From positions 12,630 to 36,629 of the forward strand of contig NZ_AYMQ01000004.1 in the NCBI RefSeq assembly GCF_000633355.1: a DNA stretch of 24,000 nt, given 5' to 3'. The notes under the pieces were generated by a model. That model ran no database searches, was not told where the DNA came from, and was given only the letters and a program-made list of their open reading frames with translations. The position numbers were made by a program, and so were the translations under genes. This document shows positions 13,527-20,123 of the stretch, piece after piece; positions within the stretch are counted from its first letter, which is position 1; each line of letters begins with the position of its first letter. This stretch comes from Serratia sp. H1w. Its GTDB lineage: Bacteria; Pseudomonadota; Gammaproteobacteria; Enterobacterales; Enterobacteriaceae.

Positions 13527-13686
13527 CCCCTCACCCTAACCCTCTCCCACAGGGAGAGGGGACAGAATGAGCCACATCTTGGCTACGAAACTCTACATAT
13601 ATATCAAGGTAATACAGGCAGACTCTAAACTTGAATTCAGCACGGTACGGCTCCCTCTCCCTGTGGGAGAGGGTTGGGGTGAGGGG
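13527..13686. repeat. MITE-like composite: two ~34-bp hairpin repeats in inverted orientation (13527-13561 and 13653-13686, 1 mismatch) flanking a 91-bp AT-rich spacer
   Basis: Left arm: CCCCTCACCCTAACCCTCTCCCACAGGGAGAGGGG. Reverse complement of right arm: CCCCTCACCCCAACCCTCTCCCACAGGGAGAGGG. The composite fills essentially the whole fsaB-ysgA intergenic region. A third copy lies at 4861-4893. Confidence 0.85.
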
Positions 13687-13692
13687 AGATTG

Positions 13693-14529
13693 TTACTTCA
13701 CACCCGGCACACCATGCTGGCTGAACCACGCCAACATACGCTGCCAACCGTCGGCGGAAGCCTCTGCGTTATAGCTTGGCCGGTAATCGGCGTGGAAAGC
13801 GTGGCCCGCTTCGGGATACACCACGATTTCCGCATCGGCATTGGCCGCACGGATTGCCTGGCGCATGGTTTCCACCGTTTCTTGTGGAATGCTGCCGTCC
13901 TGACCCCCGTATAAACCGAGTACCGGCGCCGAAAGACCGATGGCGATATCAACCGGATGCTTGGGCGAATTCAGGGTTTTCTCCCCCACCAGCTTGCCAT
14001 ACCAGGCCACCGCCGCCTTCAGTTGCGGGTTATGCGCGGCATACAGCCAGGTGATACGTCCACCCCAACAAAAGCCGGTGATCGCCAACTTGCTGGCGTC
14101 GCCGCTGTGGCGCGTTGCCCAATGCGCAGCGTGGTCCAGATCGGCCAGAACCTGGCTGTCTGGCACTTTGCTGACCAGGTTTTTTACCAACTCACTGACT
14201 TCGCTGTACTCTCTGGCATCTCCCTGGCGGAAATAGAGTTCTGGAGCGATGGCCAGATAACCCTGTTTCGCCAGGCGACGGCACAAATCCTGAATGTGTT
14301 CATGCACGCCAAAGATTTCCTGCACCACCAACACGATCGGGAATGGCCCCTGATGGTGGGCCGGTTTGGCGATATAGGCTGGCAGATCGTCCCCTTGCGA
14401 TGGGATGGTGGTTTCCCCTACGTGAATATCCTGTTCATCGGTCAGGATAGTCGAGGTAGCCAACGGTGCGACGGCCGGGGTGAATCCCCCTTTGGCCTGT
14501 TTTAATGTCATTTGTTGTTCTGTTTTCAT
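13693..14529 (-). CDS. ysgA: Dienelactone hydrolase family protein (carboxymethylenebutenolidase-like)
   Basis: The ORF track starts at 14601. The ATG at 14529 (MKTEQQMTLKQ) is favoured, giving 278 aa, but the start is uncertain. The DLH nucleophile motif is ITGFCWGG and the His context is EAGHAFHADY. It sits divergently upstream of udp, as E. coli ysgA does. Confidence 0.8.
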   Translation of the reverse strand: MKTEQQMTLKQAKGGFTPAVAPLATSTILTDEQDIHVGETTIPSQGDDLPAYIAKPAHHQGPFPIVLVVQEIFGVHEHIQDLCRRLAKQGYLAIAPELYFRQGDAREYSEVSELVKNLVSKVPDSQVLADLDHAAHWATRHSGDASKLAITGFCWGGRITWLYAAHNPQLKAAVAWYGKLVGEKTLNSPKHPVDIAIGLSAPVLGLYGGQDGSIPQETVETMRQAIRAANADAEIVVYPEAGHAFHADYRPSYNAEASADGWQRMLAWFSQHGVPGVK

Positions 14530-14642
14530 TGATTGCAGGCTCCATGCGTTAGAGAAAAAAGCGCGGCAGTTAACTATAGGCAGATTACCGCTTATTGGCA
14601 CGGCATGGCGAATTTTTGCTCAGGGCGGAAGCATGCCAGCAT

Positions 14643-14664
14643 GAGCAGCATGCAGCGCCTCTAC
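14643..14664 (-). repeat. Degenerate REP copy (reverse complement GTAGAGGCGCTGCATGCTGCTC)
   Basis: Same family as 4793, 15672, 15721 and 17338. Confidence 0.55.
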
Positions 14665-14712
14665 GAAGTAATTGGGTTAAACTTGGTGGAGATTTAGTCT
14701 CTTACTGAATTT

Positions 14713-14734
14713 TGATGTGACCTTAATCACACAA
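14713..14734 (+). promoter_or_regulatory. CRP-binding site (distal) of the udp promoter
   Basis: Perfect core TGTGA-ccttaa-TCACA at 14716-14731. Confidence 0.75.
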
Positions 14735-14764
14735 ATAATGTAGATGAATGTCTGTTTCTTTGTT

Positions 14765-14786
14765 CAAAGTGATTATCGTCACGAAA
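14765..14786 (+). promoter_or_regulatory. CRP-binding site (proximal) of the udp promoter, with a candidate -10
   Basis: Core AGTGA-ttatcg-TCACG at 14768-14783 (8/10 match). Its centre lies 52 bp from the distal site. The candidate -10 TAGAGT at 14805-14810 places this site near -41.5, a class II arrangement. Confidence 0.6.
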
Positions 14787-14853
14787 TTTGCCAGCAATTT
14801 TCAGTAGAGTAGTTATTTGTTCCTCCCAAAAACCGTATCTATGAGGAGTCCCC

Positions 14854-15615
14854 ATGTCTCAGTCTGACGTTTTCCACCTCGGTCTCACTAAAAACGATCT
14901 GCAAGGCGCCACTTTGGCCATCGTCCCTGGCGATCCGCAGCGTGTAGAGAAAATCGCCAAGCTGATGGAAAACCCGGTACACCTGGCTTCCCACCGCGAA
15001 TTTACCTCTTGGCGTGCCGAACTGGATGGCAAAGCGGTGGTCGTGTGTTCAACCGGTATCGGTGGCCCGTCTACCTCTATTGCCGTTGAAGAGTTGGCAC
15101 AGCTGGGTATCCGTACCTTCCTGCGCATCGGTACGACCGGCGCCATTCAGTCCAATATCAACGTGGGCGACGTGCTGGTCACTACCGCTGCCGTCCGTCT
15201 TGATGGTGCCAGCCTGCACTTTGCCCCGATGGAATTCCCGGCAGTGGCGGACTTTGCCTGTACTACGGCGCTGGTTGAAGCCGCCAAGGCCAGTGGCGCG
15301 ACCACGCATATCGGCGTCACCGCCTCTTCCGATACCTTCTACCCAGGCCAGGAACGTTACGACACCTATTCCGGCCGTGTAGTGAACCGCTTTAAAGGTT
15401 CCATGGAAGAGTGGCAGTCGATGGGTGTGATGAACTATGAAATGGAATCCGCCACCTTGCTGACCATGTGTGCCAGCCAGGGCCTGCGTGCGGGGATGGT
15501 TGCCGGTGTGATCGTTAACCGCACCCAGCAAGAGATCCCAAATGCAGAAACCATGAAGAAGACCGAAAGCCAGGCGGTGCAAATCGTCGTTGAGGCGGCT
15601 CGCCGTCTGCTGTAA
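14854..15615 (+). CDS. udp: Uridine phosphorylase
   Basis: 253-aa ORF, near-identical along its whole length to E. coli Udp ([33 protein letters not shown]..., [75 protein letters not shown]). GAGGAG RBS. Confidence 0.97.
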   Translation: MSQSDVFHLGLTKNDLQGATLAIVPGDPQRVEKIAKLMENPVHLASHREFTSWRAELDGKAVVVCSTGIGGPSTSIAVEELAQLGIRTFLRIGTTGAIQSNINVGDVLVTTAAVRLDGASLHFAPMEFPAVADFACTTALVEAAKASGATTHIGVTASSDTFYPGQERYDTYSGRVVNRFKGSMEEWQSMGVMNYEMESATLLTMCASQGLRAGMVAGVIVNRTQQEIPNAETMKKTESQAVQIVVEAARRLL

Positions 15616-15671
15616 TCCTAGTTAAAAGTAGGCCGTTTGAGACTACTGACAAATCTTCGCTGGTCTCACAT

Positions 15672-15697
15672 GTTGGGGCGTTACATGCTGCGCCAAC
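15672..15697 (+). repeat. Degenerate REP copy (GTTGGGGCGTTACATGCTGCGCCAAC)
   Basis: Same family as the other REP copies. Located in the udp 3' region. Confidence 0.55.
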
Positions 15698-15720
15698 CTT
15701 AATAATCAGTGGGTTGGCCA

Positions 15721-15744
15721 GGGTCGAACATGTTCGACCCCTAC
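15721..15744 (-). repeat. REP variant: perfect 20-bp palindrome GGGTCGAACATGTTCGACCC followed by CTAC
   Basis: Its reverse complement begins GTAGGGGTCGAACATG..., sharing the GTAGGGG head and central CATG with the REP family. Confidence 0.65.
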
Positions 15745-15782
15745 AAATTCAGCAACATTGCCACTTTGTCATCAATCTGAAG

Positions 15783-15808
15783 CGGGCCGTTTGACGGCCC
15801 GTTTCTCC
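15783..15808 (+). terminator. Likely udp intrinsic terminator
   Basis: 7-bp GC stem CGGGCCG/CGGCCCG with the 5-nt loop tttga, followed by TTTCTCC. Confidence 0.55.
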
Positions 15809-15922
15809 ATCTGTTACGGTTATCCCCCCCTACGTCATACTGCTGGCCTGCCGTTGTTGGTGTTTTCCGATTACCGGCTGGTGTGGCGGTCTATCCCAAG
15901 ACAATCAATATAAGGACGTCTA

Positions 15923-16705
15923 ATGACCACTCAGATTTCACTCCATCCCTCACTTGCGCCGCTAGACGGTGGTATCAATTTCCGTGATTTAGGCGGTAAC
16001 ACCGTGGCCGATGGTCGCCGTATCAAACGCGGGCTGCTGTTTCGTTCCGGCGCTCTGGATCGGTTGAGCGAAAACGACTGTAGCTACCTGGCCAAGATGC
16101 CGATGCGCTCGGTGCTGGATTACCGTGATATTGACGAAGTGCAGGCCAAACCGGACGTGTTATGGGCGGGAGCCGATTATTATCACGTGCCAGCCAACCC
16201 GCTGAGCAGTGAAGTCAACGCCAACCTGGATAAACTCACTGACGAGACGCTGGCCAAGTTTGATGCCCGGGCCTTTATGCTGGAGCTGTATCGCCGCTTG
16301 CCATTCAATAACGCTGCCTATCGCCAACTGGCGCAGCTGTTGGCCCAGCCTGAAGGTGGTGCGATTGTGCAGCACTGCGCAGTAGGCAAAGACCGCACCG
16401 GCGTCGGTTCTGCGATGGTACTGCTGGCTCTGGGGGCGGATGAGGCCACGGTGATGGAAGACTATCTGCTAACGCAAATCACGCTGGCGAGCTTCCGTGA
16501 TCATATGTTGGAACAGCTCTCTAGCCGGTTGAACGACGCCTCGGTAGCGCAGTTTGCCTATGTACTCGGTGCTCGTGAAGAGTTTCTGGTCACCGCGCTG
16601 GGCTGCATTCGTCAGCAATATGGCTCTGCCGATCGCTGGTTGGAGGCCGAATATGGGCTGGGGCAAAGCCAGCGCGAGGCAATCCAGGCGTTCTATCTCG
16701 AATAA
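15923..16705 (+). CDS. Cys-based protein-tyrosine/dual-specificity phosphatase-like protein (Y_phosphatase3-like), cytoplasmic
   Basis: 260-aa ORF with no signal peptide. The CX5R P-loop is HCAVGKDRTG. The N-terminal GGINFRDLGG is typical of this family. AAGGA RBS. Confidence 0.78.
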   Translation: MTTQISLHPSLAPLDGGINFRDLGGNTVADGRRIKRGLLFRSGALDRLSENDCSYLAKMPMRSVLDYRDIDEVQAKPDVLWAGADYYHVPANPLSSEVNANLDKLTDETLAKFDARAFMLELYRRLPFNNAAYRQLAQLLAQPEGGAIVQHCAVGKDRTGVGSAMVLLALGADEATVMEDYLLTQITLASFRDHMLEQLSSRLNDASVAQFAYVLGAREEFLVTALGCIRQQYGSADRWLEAEYGLGQSQREAIQAFYLE

Positions 16706-16792
16706 TGGCAGCATGTTTAGCTCAGGTTTAACCCGCGCAGCAGGGCATTGCGTATCCTTGGATCAGGATCCATTCCCTAGGGGAGAAAATCA

Positions 16793-17323
16793 TTGAGCCT
16801 CAATGACATCATTGACTGGGTTGGGGAAGTGGTGCGCCAGCATCAAGCCTGGGCGATACCGATCGTCTTCTTCCTGGCCTTTGGCGAGTCGTTGGCATTT
16901 CTTTCTTTGCTGTTGCCTGCAACGGTTATTCTGCTGGGGCTGGGGGCACTGATTGGCGAGAGCGGCATTGCTTTCTGGCCGATTTGGGCGGCCGCCGCTG
17001 CGGGTGCCTTCTTTGGTGACTGGCTCTCCTATTGGGTTGGTTATCACTATCAGCAGCGTGTAGCCCATATGTGGCCGCTGTCACGTAATCCACAGTTGCT
17101 GGTACGTGGCCATGCGTTTTTTGAGCGCTGGGGCGTGCTGGGCATCTTCTTTGGCCGCTTCTTCGGGCCGTTGCGTGCCGTGGTGCCGCTGGTGGGTGGC
17201 ATTTGTGCCATGCCGCAAGCCTCGTTCCAGATTGCCAACGTGGCCTCGGCGATGGTCTGGGCCTTCGGCATCCTGGCTCCAGGAGCCTTTGGCATCAAAT
17301 GGCTTACCCAGTGGATAGGTTGA
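16793..17323 (+). CDS. DedA/SNARE-associated family inner-membrane protein (TTG start)
   Basis: 176 codons starting at TTG, with GGGGAG 7 nt upstream and an in-frame stop at 16778-16780. DedA motifs are FGESLAFLSLLLPATV..LGLGAL and GRFFGPLRAVVPLVGG. It is multi-pass hydrophobic. Confidence 0.78.
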   Translation: MSLNDIIDWVGEVVRQHQAWAIPIVFFLAFGESLAFLSLLLPATVILLGLGALIGESGIAFWPIWAAAAAGAFFGDWLSYWVGYHYQQRVAHMWPLSRNPQLLVRGHAFFERWGVLGIFFGRFFGPLRAVVPLVGGICAMPQASFQIANVASAMVWAFGILAPGAFGIKWLTQWIG

Positions 17324-17337
17324 ACCCATTCTCAATA

Positions 17338-17361
17338 GTAGGGGCGCTGCATGCTGCGCCC
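17338..17361 (+). repeat. REP copy (GTAGGGGCGCTGCATGCTGCGCCC) 15 nt after the dedA-family stop
   Basis: Same family as the other REP copies. It is followed by TTCTTTAT, so it may double as a weak terminator. Confidence 0.7.
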
Positions 17362-17516
17362 TTCTTTATCTGGCCACAACCGGATGCTTTTTAAATTATT
17401 TGGGATAGAGTGAGAAATTGATCACGAATTTATCCTTATCTGGCGATTTTTAATTCCCTTATTTTTTCAGCAGTGTTACTTTCCTAACAAGTGGATTGTT
17501 ACTGTGAATAAACAGG

Positions 17517-17566
17517 CAAAACCCAAACCCGTCGACAAACTAATGTCATGGGTTTGGGTTTTTTTT
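17517..17566 (+). terminator. Strong Rho-independent terminator with no obvious cognate gene
   Basis: 11-bp stem AACCCAAACCC (17519-17529) / GGGTTTGGGTT (17549-17559), followed by a run of 9 T (17558-17566). It lies about 195 nt downstream of the nearest upstream stop codon and 79 nt upstream of the next ATG. Confidence 0.7.
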
Positions 17567-17644
17567 TGCCTCTAATTTACCGGGCGATCGACAAATGATT
17601 AAAAAATAGTCCTGTAGGCATCATTTTTCACTAAGGAATAGTCA

Positions 17645-18433
17645 ATGAAAATTAAAACCTGGTTGCTGGCCTCTGTCCTTGCCGTTTCCTCTGCTGCGGC
17701 CTTCAGCGTATCTGCGGCGGAAAGCGACAGCGTGGATATTTATTTTGCCCGCCACGGTAAAACACTGCTCAATACCTACGATCGGGTGCAGGGCTGGGCT
17801 GACTCACCGCTGACACCGGTCGGGATCGAAACCGCGCGCTATCTGGGTGCCGGGCTGAAGGGGATCCCTTTCGACAGTTTCTACACCAGTGATGCCGGCC
17901 GCCAGCGTGAAACCATGCAGGTGATCCTCAAGGAAATGGGCAAGTCGGATGCCAAGGTCACGGAACTGACCGATCTGCGCGAAATGTTCTTCGGCGGTTT
18001 TGAAGGGCGTGCTAACGCCGAAATGGCCGGCGCGGCTGCCAAGAAAATGGGCCTGGCCTCTGGCGCCGAAATGTTCAAGCAGATGGGCGAAGGCAAGATC
18101 AGCCTGATCCCGATGGTGGATGCCATCACGCAAAGCGATGACAAAAAAGAGGCGGAAAGCGCGCTACAGGTGAAAACCCGTATGCAGCGTGCACTGAATA
18201 CCATGGTGCAGAATGCCTTGAAGAACGGTGATAAAAACATCCTGGCGGTCTCTTCTGGGCTATCGATGCAGATGATGATTTCCGATATGACCGATAACCC
18301 GAACAAAAATAAGCCACTGACTAACGCGGCGGTGGTCAAGATGACTTATAAAGATGGAAAATATACCGTAACCGATATTGGCGATATGACTTATGTCGAA
18401 AAAGGGAAAACGTTATTAAATAAAGCACCTTGA
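17645..18433 (+). CDS. Secreted (Sec signal peptide) histidine-phosphatase-superfamily protein, phosphoglycerate-mutase-like branch
   Basis: 262-aa ORF. The signal peptide is MKIKTWLLASVLAVSSAAAFSVSA|AE. The catalytic RHG is in YFARHGKT (His codon 17753-17755). TSDAGRQRET and LREMFFGGFEG match family motifs. The usual second-His motif position reads VSSG. AAGGAA RBS. Confidence 0.78.
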   Translation: MKIKTWLLASVLAVSSAAAFSVSAAESDSVDIYFARHGKTLLNTYDRVQGWADSPLTPVGIETARYLGAGLKGIPFDSFYTSDAGRQRETMQVILKEMGKSDAKVTELTDLREMFFGGFEGRANAEMAGAAAKKMGLASGAEMFKQMGEGKISLIPMVDAITQSDDKKEAESALQVKTRMQRALNTMVQNALKNGDKNILAVSSGLSMQMMISDMTDNPNKNKPLTNAAVVKMTYKDGKYTVTDIGDMTYVEKGKTLLNKAP

Positions 18434-18479
18434 TTATTACCCAATAAAAAATAACTAACCCCTCTGCTGGGGGATATTA

Positions 18480-18506
18480 GCCGAGGCAATAATAAATTGC
18501 CTCGGC
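18480..18506 (+). terminator. 10-bp stem-loop (GCCGAGGCAA-taataaa-TTGCCTCGGC) downstream of the phosphatase gene; no U-tract
   Basis: Perfect inverted repeat read from the sequence. Confidence 0.4.
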
Positions 18507-18515
18507 AGGGATTCT

Positions 18516-18643
18516 CTATACCCGTCGTCTTTCAAGCTGCAGCGTTGTTACCTGCACTTACTCACCCCAGTCACTTACTAAAAGTAAGCTCCTGGGGATG
18601 AGTAAGTTTGTCGCCTAGCTGCAACTTGAAATCCATAGGGTAA
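18516..18643. repeat. ERIC (enterobacterial repetitive intergenic consensus / IRU) element, ~127 bp
   Basis: The core CTCACCCCAGTCACTTACT..AAGTAAGCTCCTGGGGAT matches the classical ERIC2 and ERIC1R primer regions. The outer arms TTCAAGCTGCAGCG / TAGCTGCAACTTGAA are as in the ERIC consensus. Confidence 0.85.
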
Positions 18644-18658
18644 ATACCTTTTTCGGGG

Positions 18659-19981
18659 ATGAAAATAATGAAACCTTCTGTATTAAGCTGCTTAGTCGCT
18701 ATTTCGCTATTATCCACCACGGCCCAGGCCAGCGTTGATGATGTGCTGGATTCGTCCTTTTTCAGCGACAGTCATGCTGAACTGTCGCTGAAAAACTACT
18801 GGAAGTATCTCAAGGAAGATGCCGCCAACCCTAAGGAAGTGCATAACGCCTGGGGGCAAGGGCTGGCACTGGGCTATCAGTCTGGCTATTTTGCTGACTT
18901 TATCGGCGTGAATCTCGATTACTACAGCGCGGTGAAACTGGGTGCCAGTGATTACTTCAATACCCGTGGGGTGTTGTATAACAATGGCCCAGGCAACAGC
19001 AAAGAGAATGCCGCCGGCTACAGCAAGGTGGGCCAACGCTATATCAAGCTGAAAGGCGATGTGGGTGGTGCAGCACTGAATGCCCAGGCTGGTTGGCAGG
19101 TGTTACGTAACTACGGCGTGATTTCCACCTCCACTCGACTATCCCCTACGACTTACCTGGGATGGTCCGGTGGAGTATCCGGTGCCGGGCTGTCTTTACG
19201 CGGCGCGTATGTTGAACGTTCTATGGATCGTAACTCACCCGACAGCCTGCGTTTACAGACCAGCGATGGCCGCTATATCAACCATCTCGCCAGCGCTGAG
19301 TTGGGCTATGAGAATAAAGCATTTAACGGCCAATTAGCCTACGGGGAATCACAGGATTATCTGCGTCGTCAGATCTTGCGTGTGAACTACAAAGCCGATG
19401 AGAAACTCACCCTGGGCAGCCAGATTTATACCACTCAGGCGCTGGACGACTATAAACAGATGGCACTGAGCAAGCGCAACTTCGATCATAATGCCAACCA
19501 CTATGCGCTGGATGCCAAATGGCAGGAACCACTATGGAGTGTCAAGGTCGGGATTGCCCACACGCGGGCACCGAAGGGGGATGGTCAGCTTGGCTTCTAC
19601 CCGCGCCATATGTCCAAAAACTCACGCGGTACCTTTACCTCGATGGCCTATGCCGGTGAAGACTATATGCGTGATGGTGAAACCATGCTGGCAACCATGG
19701 CCGAATACCGCATCACGCCGGAATTTACTGCCGGACTGGCGGGCAACGTGGGCCAGTTCAGCTATCAGGGCGCAGCGGTGCGTACCGGTGAAATCAACGT
19801 CTTTGGCCGTTGGGCACCCTCCCATCCCAAGCTGAAAAATCTGACGGTGTTCGCCATGGCCGGACCGGGCTGGTCCTATAAGAACAGCAATAAAACGCCA
19901 ATACTGGTGGATGGCCATTCCCAGATCTCCCATTCGCTGTCCGGTGAGTTTATCGCTGAATACCGCTTCAAACTGTTTTAA
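18659..19981 (+). CDS. Outer-membrane porin, OprD-family-like beta-barrel
   Basis: 440-aa ORF. The signal peptide ends TTAQA|SV. The N-terminal SHAELSLKNYWKYLKED and GLALGYQSGYFADFIGVNLDYY resemble OprD/ChiP-family starts. Alternating beta-strand pattern and a C-terminal ...EYRFKLF with terminal Phe. An alternative start lies at 18668. Confidence 0.72.
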   Translation: MKIMKPSVLSCLVAISLLSTTAQASVDDVLDSSFFSDSHAELSLKNYWKYLKEDAANPKEVHNAWGQGLALGYQSGYFADFIGVNLDYYSAVKLGASDYFNTRGVLYNNGPGNSKENAAGYSKVGQRYIKLKGDVGGAALNAQAGWQVLRNYGVISTSTRLSPTTYLGWSGGVSGAGLSLRGAYVERSMDRNSPDSLRLQTSDGRYINHLASAELGYENKAFNGQLAYGESQDYLRRQILRVNYKADEKLTLGSQIYTTQALDDYKQMALSKRNFDHNANHYALDAKWQEPLWSVKVGIAHTRAPKGDGQLGFYPRHMSKNSRGTFTSMAYAGEDYMRDGETMLATMAEYRITPEFTAGLAGNVGQFSYQGAAVRTGEINVFGRWAPSHPKLKNLTVFAMAGPGWSYKNSNKTPILVDGHSQISHSLSGEFIAEYRFKLF

Positions 19982-19992
19982 CCTGTCTTATC

Positions 19993-20020
19993 AGCGCGGT
20001 ACTGTTGAAGATACCGCGCT
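19993..20020 (+). terminator. 9-bp stem-loop (AGCGCGGTA-ctgttgaaga-TACCGCGCT) after the porin gene; no U-tract
   Basis: Inverted repeat read from the sequence, 12 nt after the stop. Confidence 0.35.
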
Positions 20021-20123
20021 CACTTCATCATAAAAACAGACTGGACATCCATACAGGCTCCCTTTAACGTGGCAGGCAACAGGCGCAAAACGCGCCGGAA
20101 CCGCATGTTTGACAGGAGGCAGG

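Noticed and set aside
4861-13686. Possibility that the three near-identical ~34-bp repeats form a CRISPR array
   Set aside because: There are only three copies. One lies 8.6 kb from the other two, and those two are in inverted rather than direct orientation. There are no regular spacers and no cas genes.
13567-13914. 115-aa plus-strand ORF spanning the repeat composite and the ysgA 3' end (contains ..LPLPVGEGWGEGRL..)
   Set aside because: The GEGWGEG peptide is simply the translation of the hairpin repeat, and the rest is antisense to the dienelactone hydrolase gene. The ORFs at 4757-5005 and 4821-5018 across repeat copy 1 are rejected for the same reason.
15616-20123. Reading the udp-rmuC insertion as a genomic island, prophage remnant or transposon
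   Set aside because: No integrase, transposase, phage gene, tRNA attachment site or flanking direct repeat is visible. Only REP and ERIC elements are present, and base composition looks similar to the flanks by eye.
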